This document shows, piece after piece, positions 16,204 to 26,202 of a stretch of 36,034 nt of DNA. Position numbers and translations under genes: made by a program. The DNA is from Acidobacteriota bacterium (lineage in GTDB: Bacteria; Acidobacteriota; UBA6911; RPQK01; JADFOI01): positions 1 to 36,034 of the forward strand of contig JAZFRU010000057.1 of assembly GCA_036445815.1 (NCBI GenBank). Direction: 5' to 3'. The notes below the pieces were generated by a model. That model did no database searches and was not told where the DNA came from. It saw only the letters and a list, made by a program, of their open reading frames with translations. Within the stretch, counting starts at the first letter, position 1; the number at the start of each line of letters is the position of its first letter.

Positions 16204-17097
16204 ATGCAGGCATTTGTCTTTCCCGGGCAAGGTTCCCAATACCCTGGCATGGGCAAGGATCTGGCTGACAGGTTCGAGGAGGCTCGCCAGGTCTTTGAGG
16301 AGGCGGATGAGGCCCTGGAGTTCCCCTTGAGTCAGCTTTGTTTCGAGGGTCCCGAAGAAGAGCTGCGACTCACCGAAAAGACCCAACCTGCCCTCCTGAC
16401 GGTTTCCATAGCACTCTTTCGAGTTCTTGAGAATCGGAATGAACTTCCCGATTTTGTGGCAGGGCATAGCGTGGGAGAATATGCCGCGCTGGTCGCTGCT
16501 GGGAGCCTCGATTTTCAGGATGCCGTACGCCTGGTACGTCAGCGAGGTCGATTCATGCAGGAAGCGGTACCGGTCGGGGACGGCGCAATGGCGGCTGTGC
16601 TGGGTCTGAACCTGTCGGATGTCAGGGACATCTGCCGGGAAGCAGCCTTGAGCGATGTCGTCTCTCCGGCCAACATGAACTCAGCAGATCAAATCGTTAT
16701 CTCGGGACACCGCCAGGCCGTGGAACGAGCCATCAAACTGGCTAAAACTCGCGGGGCCCGCAAGGTTCTCACCTTGCCGGTAAGCGCTCCCTTCCATTGT
16801 GAACTGATGAAGCCGGCCGAAGAACGTCTTTCCAAGGTGATCGAAGAGATTTCTTTCCAGGATCTCCGGGTTCCCTTGATCAACAATATTGAGGCCAGGC
16901 AAGTGAACGATGCGAGTGAGGCCCGCGAGGGTTTGATTCGACAGGTGTCCTCGCCGGTATTGTGGTCTGAAAGCATCGAACGACTGATTGAGCTGGGAGT
17001 TTCAAATTTTGTTGAAGTCGGGCCGGGCAAGGTCTTGCGAGGTTTGATTCGGAGGATTGCCCCCTCAGTCACGGTATCCTGCCCGTATCACGCGTAA
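16204..17097 (+). CDS. fabD: Malonyl-CoA:ACP transacylase
   Basis: FVFPGQGSQ, TQPALL, GHSVGE, VSAPFH, EVGPGKVL; start set at ATG 16204. Confidence 0.96.
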   Translation: MQAFVFPGQGSQYPGMGKDLADRFEEARQVFEEADEALEFPLSQLCFEGPEEELRLTEKTQPALLTVSIALFRVLENRNELPDFVAGHSVGEYAALVAAGSLDFQDAVRLVRQRGRFMQEAVPVGDGAMAAVLGLNLSDVRDICREAALSDVVSPANMNSADQIVISGHRQAVERAIKLAKTRGARKVLTLPVSAPFHCELMKPAEERLSKVIEEISFQDLRVPLINNIEARQVNDASEAREGLIRQVSSPVLWSESIERLIELGVSNFVEVGPGKVLRGLIRRIAPSVTVSCPYHA

Positions 17098-17136
17098 TCC
17101 GGGAGGGCTTTGGAGACAGAGAACAGGTGGAAGACT

Positions 17137-17880
17137 ATGCATAAGTTTGACGATCAAGTAGCGCTGGTAACGGGGGCTTCCCGAGGTATCGGACGACAGG
17201 TCGCCCTGGATTTGTCCGCTCATGGAGCGGCTGTCATTCTGGCGAGCAGGTCCCTGGATGATAGCGAGGCGGTGGCTGAATTGATCCGTGAGCAAGGCGG
17301 AAAGGCCTTGGCGGTACAGATGGATGTGGGACAACCGGATCAGGTTGAAAGCGCTCTGGCTCGTATCGAGGAACAGTTTGATCGGGTGGATATCCTGGTT
17401 AACAATGCCGGAATCACACGCGATAATCTGCTGCTTCGAATGAAGGAAGAGGAATGGCGGCAGGTGCTCAATATCAATCTTGATGGTGTCTTCTATGTCA
17501 CCCGGAAAGTGGCGGTAGGAATGCTTCGCCAACGATACGGACGGGTGATAAATATCACCTCGGTGGTGGGACAGATGGGAAATCCCGGACAGGTCAACTA
17601 TGCGGCCAGCAAGGCCGGAATTATCGGATTGACCAAAGCCCTGGCCCGAGAAGTGGCATCTCGTAACATTACCGTCAATGCGATTGCACCAGGATTCATC
17701 GAGACCGCCATGACCGTCAATCTGAAGGAGCAGGTCAAGGTTCAGTTAAAGGACGCCGTTCCGCTCAAAAGGCTTGGAACCGTTGAAGATGTGGCCTATG
17801 GAGTGCTTTGCCTGGCCTCAAAAGAGGCTGGATATATAACAGGTCATGTGCTAAACATTAACGGCGGAATGTATATGTAA
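17137..17880 (+). CDS. fabG: 3-oxoacyl-ACP reductase
   Basis: [31 protein letters not shown]; start set at ATG 17137. Confidence 0.96.
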   Translation: MHKFDDQVALVTGASRGIGRQVALDLSAHGAAVILASRSLDDSEAVAELIREQGGKALAVQMDVGQPDQVESALARIEEQFDRVDILVNNAGITRDNLLLRMKEEEWRQVLNINLDGVFYVTRKVAVGMLRQRYGRVINITSVVGQMGNPGQVNYAASKAGIIGLTKALAREVASRNITVNAIAPGFIETAMTVNLKEQVKVQLKDAVPLKRLGTVEDVAYGVLCLASKEAGYITGHVLNINGGMYM

Positions 17881-17905
17881 TCAGGGTAATGTGAATGGAG
17901 GGAAA

Positions 17906-18142
17906 ATGGCATCAGTAGAGGAAAAGGTGAAGGCGATCATCGCCGATCAGCTCGGAGTTGCCGAGGCTGATGTGAAGCCAGACGCTCATTTTGTAGATGA
18001 TCTCGGAGCTGACTCACTGGATACGGTTGAACTGGTAATGAAATTCGAAGATGACTTTAGCATGGAGATTCCAGACGAGGACGCTGAAAAGATTCAGACG
18101 GTTAAAAACGCCATCGACTACATCCAGGCTCATCAGGAATAA
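17906..18142 (+). CDS. acpP: Acyl carrier protein
   Basis: [12 protein letters not shown] phosphopantetheine site; GGAGG RBS before ATG 17906. Confidence 0.97.
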   Translation: MASVEEKVKAIIADQLGVAEADVKPDAHFVDDLGADSLDTVELVMKFEDDFSMEIPDEDAEKIQTVKNAIDYIQAHQE

Positions 18143-18157
18143 CCCCTGAGGTCAAAC

Positions 18158-19399
18158 TTGAATAGAAGGGTTGTAGTTACGGGCGTGGGGCTGGTTTCAG
18201 CTCTGGGCCTGGATACCGAAAGTACCTGGAAAGGACTGCTGGAGGGGCGCAGCGGGGTGGGCCCCATCACCCATTTCGAGGCGGAGAGCTTTTCCTCCCG
18301 ATTCGCTGCTGAGGTCAAAGGCTTTGACCCGTTGAGCTACGTCGACAAGAAGAGTTCCCGCAAGATGGATCTCTTCATCCTTTATGCAATTGCGGCAAGT
18401 GATCTGGCCCTGGCGAGTTCCGGTTTGGAGATCGACGATTCCAATAGGACTCGGGTCGGCGTCTACATTGGTTCTGGAATCGGAGGTTTCGGCACCATCG
18501 AATCGGAGCATACCAATTTCCTGAATAAAGGAGCCCGCAAGATCTCGCCCTTCTTCATTCCCGCCAGTATTGGCAACCTGGCCACAGGGCAGGTCTCGAT
18601 TCGCATTGGTGCAGCGGGTCCGAACTCTGCTACCTGTACGGCCTGTTCGGCCGGTTCCCATGCCATCGGTGATTCCTTCAAAATCATTGAAAGAGGAGCG
18701 GCCGATGTCATGATTGCGGGGGGGACCGAGGCGGCCATCACCCCCATGGGGGTTGGCGGTTTTGCTGCCCTGAGGGCTCTGTCGACCCGCAATGACTCAC
18801 CGGAAACGGCGAGCCGCCCCTTTGACAGAGACCGTGACGGCTTTGTCATCGGTGAGGGTTCCGGACTTGTGGTCCTGGAGGAACTGGAGCATGCCCGCCG
18901 CCGGGGAGCTCCGATCTACGCCGAAATCGTGGGTTACGGCATGAGCGGAGACGCTCACCATATGACGGCCCCTCCCGAGGATGGTTCAGGGGCAGTGCGT
19001 GTCATGCAGGCCACCCTGGATGATGCGGAGATAGCCCCAACCGAAGTCGACTACGTCAATGCCCATGGAACCAGTACCCCGCCCAATGACCGCATTGAAA
19101 CAAGAGCTCTCAAAACCGTCTTTGGTGAGCATGCCTACAGACTGGCGATCAGCTCCACCAAATCCATGACCGGACACCTTCTCGGTGCGGCCGGAGGCCT
19201 GGAGGCTGGAATCACAGCCCTTGCCATCAAGAACCAAACGATTCCTCCCACCACCAACCTGGAAAATGCCGATCCGGATTGCGATCTGGATTACGTACCC
19301 CACACACCTCGGGAAATGAAGATCAACTACGCGCTGTCCAATTCATTCGGCTTTGGCGGCACTAATGCGGCCATACTGCTCAAAAAATTCGAGGGTTGA
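18158..19399 (+). CDS. fabF: Beta-ketoacyl-ACP synthase II
   Basis: RRVVVTG, TACSAG (catalytic Cys), NAHGTST, KSMTGHLLGAAG, NSFGFGG; TTG start. Confidence 0.96.
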   Translation: MNRRVVVTGVGLVSALGLDTESTWKGLLEGRSGVGPITHFEAESFSSRFAAEVKGFDPLSYVDKKSSRKMDLFILYAIAASDLALASSGLEIDDSNRTRVGVYIGSGIGGFGTIESEHTNFLNKGARKISPFFIPASIGNLATGQVSIRIGAAGPNSATCTACSAGSHAIGDSFKIIERGAADVMIAGGTEAAITPMGVGGFAALRALSTRNDSPETASRPFDRDRDGFVIGEGSGLVVLEELEHARRRGAPIYAEIVGYGMSGDAHHMTAPPEDGSGAVRVMQATLDDAEIAPTEVDYVNAHGTSTPPNDRIETRALKTVFGEHAYRLAISSTKSMTGHLLGAAGGLEAGITALAIKNQTIPPTTNLENADPDCDLDYVPHTPREMKINYALSNSFGFGGTNAAILLKKFEG

Positions 19400-19451
19400 G
19401 CGGCTTCGCAGAGCGAAGCCGCGTTTAACGTTTCAGGTTTAACGTTTCACG
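19400..19451 (+). terminator. Hairpin plus heptamer-array element immediately after the fabF stop
   Basis: Perfect 10-bp stem GCGGCTTCGC-AGA-GCGAAGCCGC (19400-19422) then GTTTAA CGTTTCA GGTTTAA CGTTTCA CG. Confidence 0.6.
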
Positions 19452-19507
19452 GGAGGAGCGGTCTCGCTCCACTCGGCCGGGCGCCTTCCGACCCGTTGGC
19501 GGGGTTT

Positions 19508-19644
19508 TGTAGCGGCCGCTCTAGGAGCGGCTTCCGGATTCGGCGCCCTGAGGCGCCTCCAACATTCCGGATCCACGTTAAACGTGAAACCTGAAACGTG
19601 CCCCTAACCGAGCGCTGGTCTTCGACCAGCGCTCGGTTAGGGGC
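19508..19644. repeat. Second copy of the 93-bp REPIN/heptamer repeat followed by a perfect 21-bp-stem hairpin
   Basis: 19508-19600 matches 266-358; GCCCCTAACCGAGCGCTGGTC-TTC-GACCAGCGCTCGGTTAGGGGC at 19600-19644. Confidence 0.85.
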
Positions 19645-19669
19645 TCCGTGTCTTTGTGGTACACGTATG

Positions 19670-19678
19670 TGCTATAAT
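19670..19678 (+). promoter_or_regulatory. Extended -10 promoter element for the 7TM-HD/ybeY operon
   Basis: TG-C-TATAAT, ~110 nt upstream of ATG 19788. Confidence 0.5.
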
Positions 19679-19787
19679 GCTTTTTTTCACTAAACTCATG
19701 AGTCCATCCTTGCTCTTGAAGCTTTCTCTCTCCTGCTAATGAATCCCTGAATTGTGCCTTGTAGGCACTCTTGTTCATCAGAGCTCT

Positions 19788-22154
19788 ATGGCTGATAAAT
19801 CCACACAACAATCAAGTCAACGCAGCCGGTTGGCCAAGATGTTCCTGGGCACCGACCGGAACCGTGGGCATTTCATTGCTCAGCTGAGCTTGCTGGAGTT
19901 CCTGGCCGGTCTGGGCATATCTGTGACGGTCACTCTTCTACTGCTTGAGTTCGACTTCCAAAGTATCCCCCAGTACCGGATTGGAGACATTGCCGACCGG
20001 ACCATCGAAGCTCCCTACGACTTTACTGTGGCGGATCAGGAGGCCACCTTCGAAAGAGAAGAAGAGATAAGAAGGACAGTGCCGGCGGTCTTTGATCTGG
20101 ATCTCAAACTGAACAACCGGATTACCGCCGAGTTCCGAGGGGCCTTCGCAGAAGCAAGGCGGACGATCGCTGAAGAGAGGTTAAATCCAAGATTTTCTGG
20201 ACCCCTTTCCGATGAATCCCAGCAGAGAATTGCCCCGCTCCTTCGAGACCGATTACCTCGCTTCACCCAGGGCGACATCCTGGACATCTGCTTGAGGCAT
20301 TCCTTTTCTTCCGTTTTGGAGAATCAGATGGTGGCACTCGTGCAGGAAGGCATGAAATCTCCCGGAGTGATTTTGAACCGCGATACGCTACTGCCCTACC
20401 AGGAACAAGGCCTGATCCTTCGCAACACTGTTTCCAAAGAAGATGAACTGATTCAGGACTGGACCGCCTTGAGAGATCTGGAACAGGCACGCGATCTGTT
20501 GAGACAGAACGAGTATCAACTTACCGCGGTCGCAGGGGAAGAAAAAAAGGAGATCATCACCTTTTTGGAGAGCTGGATCGTCCCCAATGTCTATTACAAC
20601 GCCAGCGCCAGCGGCGATATGGAGCAGCTCTACATGCAGCAGGTCAATCCGGTCTTGATCCAGATCAAGAAAGGGCGAACTCTGGTACGGGCCGGAGACG
20701 AGATCGAGGTCACGGAAAAAGCCATTCTGGACCAACTGACCAGGCTGCTTCAACCTCGAAGTCTGTCAGGCAAGTTCATCGGCATTTTTCTTATTGTGTC
20801 CTTTTTCTTGTTCGCGGTCTGGCAGTACTTTCTTGCCAACAAGAAAGATTTCAGGGAAATTCGAAGTCACTATCTCCTGCTCTCCCTGGTGTTGTGTTCC
20901 ACTTTGCTGCTCACGAGAATCTGTATCTTCCTGGCAGCGGCCATTGCCGGCAGCCTGCGCCAGGAAGGTCTTCAGGATCCTCTGCAGTTCTATTTTCTCG
21001 CTCCCGTGGCACTGGGGGCGATCTTGACGATCCTCCTGGTTGACATTCAGGCCTCGGTTCTTTTTGCTCTTGTTTTTTCCGTCTTTGTAGGACTTCTCAC
21101 CGGAGAGATGGGTTTCTTTGTGTACTCCCTGACCGGAAGTTTGGCGGCCATCTATTTGGTGGGAACCTATCGTGACCGGGCGGCCATCATCAGGGGAGGC
21201 TTCGTTATTGGATTGGTCAACGTCCTGACGGTGCTGGCCCTACAACTTTACGGTTTGGAATCGAGTTTTCAGTGGACACCCTTCCTGGTAGGAGCCTCTG
21301 GCGGAATTGTGAGCGGACTTTTCGCCGCCATGTTGGCTTCGTTGTGTCTCCCCATCCTCGAATATCTCTTCAGCATCACGACCGATATCAAGCTGCTCGA
21401 ATTATCCAACTTGAACAACGCAGTTTTACGACGCCTGGCAGTAGAGGCTCCAGGAACGTACCACCACAGCATCATCGTGGGAACGCTGGCAGAGGCCGCC
21501 GCCGAGGCCATCGAGGCCAATACTCTGCTGGTTCGAGTGGGGGCCTACTACCACGACATCGGCAAGCTGAAGAACCCCGAGTACTATGTCGAAAATCAGC
21601 TTTACATGTCGAACAAACATGAAAACCTGTCGCCCAGCATGTCCAGTCTCATCCTGGCCAGTCATGTCAAGGATGGTCTGGCCCTTGCCGATGAGATCCG
21701 CCTGGTACCTCCGGTGCGTGACTTGATACCCCAGCACCATGGGACGAGATTGATGAAGTTCTTTTATCAGAAAGCAAAGGATGCCTCGGATGGGAAAGAA
21801 CGGCAGGTGAACGAAGATGACTTCCGATATCCCGGACCCAAACCCCAGAACAAGGAAGCAGCCATCCTGATGCTGGCCGATCAAGTGGAGGCCGCGGCCC
21901 GCACCCTCCAGGATCCAGGGCCGAGCCAGATTCGCAGCATGAACCGCCGTTTGATCCAGGCCACCATCCAGGACCGACAATTCGACGAATGCAACATCAC
22001 GATGCAGGACCTGGACAAGATCCTTCGCGCATTCGAACGAGTGATTACAGGAATGCACCATCACCGCATCGAGTACCCGGGCTTTGACTTCAACCGAGAA
22101 CTGGAAGAAGAGCAGTTTGAGCAGACACAGACCGATGGTCAACGTATTCAATAG
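19788..22154 (+). CDS. 7TM-HD (HDIG) membrane phosphohydrolase, PgpH-like
   Basis: TM helix, large extracytoplasmic domain, 7TM region, APGTYHHS, YYHDIGK, PQHHGT, FRYPGPKP, MLADQVEAA. Confidence 0.92.
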   Translation: MADKSTQQSSQRSRLAKMFLGTDRNRGHFIAQLSLLEFLAGLGISVTVTLLLLEFDFQSIPQYRIGDIADRTIEAPYDFTVADQEATFEREEEIRRTVPAVFDLDLKLNNRITAEFRGAFAEARRTIAEERLNPRFSGPLSDESQQRIAPLLRDRLPRFTQGDILDICLRHSFSSVLENQMVALVQEGMKSPGVILNRDTLLPYQEQGLILRNTVSKEDELIQDWTALRDLEQARDLLRQNEYQLTAVAGEEKKEIITFLESWIVPNVYYNASASGDMEQLYMQQVNPVLIQIKKGRTLVRAGDEIEVTEKAILDQLTRLLQPRSLSGKFIGIFLIVSFFLFAVWQYFLANKKDFREIRSHYLLLSLVLCSTLLLTRICIFLAAAIAGSLRQEGLQDPLQFYFLAPVALGAILTILLVDIQASVLFALVFSVFVGLLTGEMGFFVYSLTGSLAAIYLVGTYRDRAAIIRGGFVIGLVNVLTVLALQLYGLESSFQWTPFLVGASGGIVSGLFAAMLASLCLPILEYLFSITTDIKLLELSNLNNAVLRRLAVEAPGTYHHSIIVGTLAEAAAEAIEANTLLVRVGAYYHDIGKLKNPEYYVENQLYMSNKHENLSPSMSSLILASHVKDGLALADEIRLVPPVRDLIPQHHGTRLMKFFYQKAKDASDGKERQVNEDDFRYPGPKPQNKEAAILMLADQVEAAARTLQDPGPSQIRSMNRRLIQATIQDRQFDECNITMQDLDKILRAFERVITGMHHHRIEYPGFDFNRELEEEQFEQTQTDGQRIQ

Positions 22155-22545
22155 ACAGCGAAAGCTTCCCGTGGAAACTGATTCACTCGAAGGATTCCTT
22201 CATGAGTTGTCCAGTCAAATGGTCCTGCAGGCCGGGTTTACCGTAGTACTGATCAGTGACTCGGCCATGAGGAACTACAACCGCAAATTTCGGGATCAAA
22301 ATCGGACCACCGATGTTCTTGCCTTCCCCGATGGTGAAGAAGCCGGACCAGAGGAGTCCTACCTGGGGGATATCCTCGTATGTGTGGAAGCTGCCGACCG
22401 GCAAAAGAAGACGACTCTGCTGGAAGAACTCAAATCACTGTCCCTCCATGGACTGCTACACCTTCTGGGCTACGACCACCACACCGATGAGGGAAGAATG
22501 CAGACACTGGAACGTCAATTAAGGAGAGAGTTTCAACTTCATTAG
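22135..22545 (+). CDS. ybeY: rRNA maturation endoribonuclease YbeY
   Basis: TDVLAFP, LGDILVC, HGLLHLLGYDH; start set at ATG 22135. Confidence 0.93.
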   Translation: MVNVFNRQRKLPVETDSLEGFLHELSSQMVLQAGFTVVLISDSAMRNYNRKFRDQNRTTDVLAFPDGEEAGPEESYLGDILVCVEAADRQKKTTLLEELKSLSLHGLLHLLGYDHHTDEGRMQTLERQLRREFQLH

Positions 22546-22546
22546 A

Positions 22547-23800
22547 GTGGAAGTACTGACGTTTCTTTGCTTAGTCACGGTGCTCTTTGTCCTCTCAGTG
22601 CTGGAGAGTGCCATCTCCCGCATCTCCCGATTGACTCTGAAAGTGCTGGCTGAACGGGCACACACCACCCAAGATCATCTCCTTCAAGATATCGCAGACG
22701 ACCGAGTCCAGTTCTTGCTGCCCATTCAGTTTGGATGCCAGGTTCTGGTCGTGAGTTCAGCAGTGGTCATCAGCGCACTTCTGTTTGATTCCAATGCACC
22801 CTATGCTGCATGGTTGGCTTTCGTCGTTGTTGTGGCCGTCGTCATTCTTTTTCGACAGCTGTTCCCCGCATTGATCGTTCAGTCCGACCCTGAACGGGTG
22901 CTGTTAGGCCTCCTTCCCGTTCTGAGCCCCTTTTATCGTTTTTTACGCTGGATCAGCTCGCCTCTCACGAAACTCCTCAGATTTTCCAGGGCCTCACAGC
23001 TGAAAAACCAGTTGAACGGGGATATCGATGAGGAACCCAGTGAGGAAGAGATACAAGCCTATCTGGGGGTAGGAGAAGAAGAAGGCATTATTGAAGAAGA
23101 TGAGAGCGAGTTGATTCAGTCGGCTCTTGAATTTGGCGATACACTGGTCCGGGAAATCATGACTTCCCGAACGGAAATTGTCGCAATCACAGAGGATGCG
23201 ACTCTTCGAGAATTGAAGGACGTGATGGTTTCCAGCAAGTTTTCCCGGATTCCGGTCTACCGGGAACGGATTGACCACATTGTCGGAGTCGTCTACGTTC
23301 GCAATCTACTCGGCCATCTCGATGAGGGCAATGGAGAGCAACCCATCACTCCTTTGATCAACAAACCCTGGTTTGTTCCTGAAACCAAGAAGGTGTCCGC
23401 ATTGCTCAAGGAAATGCAGGTCAACGCCGCCCATATGGCCGTTTTGATCGATGAATACACTTCCGTGTCAGGACTGGTGACCATCGAGGACGTACTCGAA
23501 GAAATCGTTGGGGATATTCGTGATGAGGATGAGCTGGAAAAAGTCGATCTAGCTTACGTGGGAGAAGGTAACTATATCGTCCACGGAGGTGCAGAGATTG
23601 AAGAGTTGGAGGAAACCCTTGGGATGGACCTGGGAGAAACGGATGTGACCACTGTATCCGGACTGATCGTTGATCACCTGGGCAAGGTTCCTTCTGCAGG
23701 TGAAACCCTCGTATTGAACGGCCTCTCTGTGGAGGTTCTCAGTTCGGATCGAAAGACGATTCAAACCATGCGCGTGAAGAAAAGAGCCGAAGAACAGTAG
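22547..23800 (+). CDS. Hemolysin/CNNM family protein (DUF21 - CBS pair - CorC/HlyC)
   Basis: N-terminal TM region, VREIMTSR, FSRIPVY, FVPETK, GLVTIEDVLEEIVGDI.DE. Confidence 0.92.
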   Translation: MEVLTFLCLVTVLFVLSVLESAISRISRLTLKVLAERAHTTQDHLLQDIADDRVQFLLPIQFGCQVLVVSSAVVISALLFDSNAPYAAWLAFVVVVAVVILFRQLFPALIVQSDPERVLLGLLPVLSPFYRFLRWISSPLTKLLRFSRASQLKNQLNGDIDEEPSEEEIQAYLGVGEEEGIIEEDESELIQSALEFGDTLVREIMTSRTEIVAITEDATLRELKDVMVSSKFSRIPVYRERIDHIVGVVYVRNLLGHLDEGNGEQPITPLINKPWFVPETKKVSALLKEMQVNAAHMAVLIDEYTSVSGLVTIEDVLEEIVGDIRDEDELEKVDLAYVGEGNYIVHGGAEIEELEETLGMDLGETDVTTVSGLIVDHLGKVPSAGETLVLNGLSVEVLSSDRKTIQTMRVKKRAEEQ

Positions 23801-23832
23801 ATCCAATGAGGAGTGTGTGAGGCAGCACGAGG

Positions 23833-24933
23833 GTGGAATCAATCAAAAACTCTGACCAGATACATGAGCGCTTTATGAAAAAAGCGATTGCTCTGGCGAG
23901 TCGAGGGATGGGCAGGGTTAGCCCCAATCCACTGGTCGGAGCGGTCGTGGTACGCAAGGGTGAGGTCGTGGGACACGGATACCACCGCTACCAGGCCCGG
24001 GATCATGCTGAAGTGATCGCGTTGGCTCGTGCCGGAAGCCGGGCAAGAAATGCACATCTCTACGTTAATTTAGAGCCCTGTGCCCACCATGGGAGAACCC
24101 CTCCCTGTGTGGACCGGATCGTCGAAGCCGGTATCAGCAAGGTGTTTGTGGCAATGCGCGATCCCCTTCGGCACACCCGTCAAAAGGGTATCCCCTTGCT
24201 TCGTAGGAACCGGATCGAGGTTGACCTGGGACTCTGCAGCGAGATAGCAAACCGCCAAAACGAAGTTTTTCTGCACTTTGCCAGGACCGGCCGGCCGTTC
24301 GTATTGCTGAAGTTGGCTTTGACTCTGGATGGCCGGATAGCCACCGGCAGTGGCGATTCGAGATGGATCACCCAGACCCTGGCACGAAAGCAGGTGCATC
24401 GACTGCGTTATGCTTACGATGCCATCCTGATCGGCATTGGAACCGTGCTGCATGACAATCCATCACTGGATGTGCGCTGGACACAGCGCAACCCGATCAC
24501 CAAGGTGATCTTGGACTCCAGACTTCGCACTCCTGGACAGGCCAAGCTGTTCACTTCGTCGGACCGCGTGATTATTTTCCACAGCCGGAAGGCCGCCAAG
24601 AAGCGTGTGGTCTCACTGGCGAAAAAAGCTGAGTTGATTCCGGTGTCGAAGAAAGCAAATGGGCTGGACTGGCAGGAGATCCTCGACCGGTTAGGCCAAT
24701 TGAAGGTGACCAGCCTGGTCGTTGAGGGGGGCGCCGGCATGGCGGCCTCGGCCTTGCAGGCCAAAACGGTTCAGAAGATCAATTTTTTCTACGGGCCCAA
24801 AATGATCGGCAGCAGCGGCCGAGCCGGTATTGGGGATCTGGGAATTGATCGGTTAAGAGATGCTTTGAAATGGAAGATTCACCGCCTACGGCACTTCCCT
24901 CCTGATTTTATGGTGGAAGCCTATCCGGGCTAG
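23833..24933 (+). CDS. ribD: Bifunctional riboflavin deaminase/reductase
   Basis: SPNPLVG, HAE, LEPCAHHGRTPPC, TLDGRIAT, VEGG. Confidence 0.95.
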   Translation: MESIKNSDQIHERFMKKAIALASRGMGRVSPNPLVGAVVVRKGEVVGHGYHRYQARDHAEVIALARAGSRARNAHLYVNLEPCAHHGRTPPCVDRIVEAGISKVFVAMRDPLRHTRQKGIPLLRRNRIEVDLGLCSEIANRQNEVFLHFARTGRPFVLLKLALTLDGRIATGSGDSRWITQTLARKQVHRLRYAYDAILIGIGTVLHDNPSLDVRWTQRNPITKVILDSRLRTPGQAKLFTSSDRVIIFHSRKAAKKRVVSLAKKAELIPVSKKANGLDWQEILDRLGQLKVTSLVVEGGAGMAASALQAKTVQKINFFYGPKMIGSSGRAGIGDLGIDRLRDALKWKIHRLRHFPPDFMVEAYPG

Positions 24934-24968
24934 AAGTTCAACGGGCGAGAGAATTCATCGCCCCAGAT

Positions 24969-25967
24969 TCAGCTCACGCCAGCCGTCAGGGGTTCCGTCC
25001 AGTTATCAAAAATCTGGCTACCGTGAAAGCGGCCCGTCTCGATAAAGATTCGATTGGTCATCTTGCCGGCGACGATGGATCCAGCCAGATAGATACCCTT
25101 CTTGTTGGATTCCAGAGTACGTGGGTCGTGTTTGGAAATACAGGTGTCCAGATCCAGTTCAATTCCAAGGTTCTCGAGAAAATCCACATCCGGATGGTAA
25201 CCGGTCATGGCCAGGACAAAGTCGTTCTCCAGGGTCTTGACGCCCTCGGGAGTAGAGACGACGATTTCGGTCTCTGTGATAGCTTTGACGGTACTCGAAA
25301 AGTAGGCCGTGATTTCTCCCCGTTTGATGCGATTATTGATATCCGGCAAAACCCAGTATTTCACCTTGGGACTCATGGCCTCACCACGGTGAATCAGGGT
25401 CACCTCGACCTTCCCATTTCGGTACAGGTCTAGTGCGGTCTCCGTAGCTGAGTTGGTTCCCCCAATCACGGCCACCTTCTTTTTAAAGTAGGGATGACAT
25501 TCGGAATAATAGTGGCTGACCTTGTCGAGATCTTCACCCGGAATGTCGAGCATGTTGGGGTTGTCATAATAGCCCGTGGCGATGATGACTCTTCTAGCGC
25601 GATATTCCTGAGGTCGATCCAGACGATCGATGCTCTTCACCCGAAAGTCATTCTCTTCACCTTCAACCGAGATCACGCGCTCCTGGTCCTTGATCGGAAG
25701 GTCGAAATAGTCCGCCACCCGGCGATAATACTTCAGAACCTCCAACCGTCTGGGCTTCTCCGAGGGACTGGTCAGGGGAATATCCCCAATCTCCAGGAGA
25801 TCCGCAGTCGTGAAAAAGGTCATGTTGGTGGGGAAATGATAGATCGAATTCACCAAATGGCCCTTTTCGATCAACCAGAAGCTTTGATTTCTCTTCTTGG
25901 CCTCAATGGCACAGGCGAGACCTGCCGGCCCGCCGCCCACGATGATCCAATCAAAAACTCCGCTCAT
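24969..25967 (-). CDS. ypdA: YpdA family putative bacillithiol disulfide reductase
   Basis: GGGPAG, VNSIYHFPTNMTFFTT..LLEIG, ATGYYD, KVSHYY, MTGYHPD, IFIETGRFHG; start ATG 25967 (or GTG 25973). Confidence 0.88.
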   Translation of the reverse strand: MSGVFDWIIVGGGPAGLACAIEAKKRNQSFWLIEKGHLVNSIYHFPTNMTFFTTADLLEIGDIPLTSPSEKPRRLEVLKYYRRVADYFDLPIKDQERVISVEGEENDFRVKSIDRLDRPQEYRARRVIIATGYYDNPNMLDIPGEDLDKVSHYYSECHPYFKKKVAVIGGTNSATETALDLYRNGKVEVTLIHRGEAMSPKVKYWVLPDINNRIKRGEITAYFSSTVKAITETEIVVSTPEGVKTLENDFVLAMTGYHPDVDFLENLGIELDLDTCISKHDPRTLESNKKGIYLAGSIVAGKMTNRIFIETGRFHGSQIFDNWTEPLTAGVS

Positions 25968-25996
25968 TGACACATTCTTTCACGCTTCACTAGAAT
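25967..25996 (+). promoter_or_regulatory. Near-consensus sigma70 promoter of tRNA-Val
   Basis: TTGACA (25967-25972), 18-nt spacer, TAGAAT (25991-25996), 9 nt before the tRNA. Confidence 0.7.
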
Positions 25997-26005
25997 GACT
26001 CCTCA

Positions 26006-26082
26006 GGGCGATTAGCTCAGCTGGTTAGAGTGCCGCCTTCACACGGCGGAGGTCACTGGTTCGAGTCCAGTATCGCCCACCA
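26006..26082 (+). tRNA. tRNA-Val (anticodon CAC)
   Basis: Acceptor stem GGGCGAT/ATCGCCC, D-arm AGCTCAGCTGGTTAGAGT, anticodon arm CCGCC-TTCACAC-GGCGG, T-loop GGTTCGAGTCC, encoded CCA. Confidence 0.97.
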
Positions 26083-26202
26083 TTTCCTGGTGATGGGCTC
26101 TTCACCCCTGTGCCACGAGAGCCTGCGCCAGACCGAGTCAGCATCTTAACAAATAGTCCTATTTTCGTTCCACGTGACAGGTCAATCAGCCGGTCAGTTG
26201 AT

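Noticed and set aside
26006-26202. tRNA-Val as an integration site for an island
   Set aside because: No integrase, no duplicated tRNA 3' end seen in the window, and both flanks are housekeeping genes.
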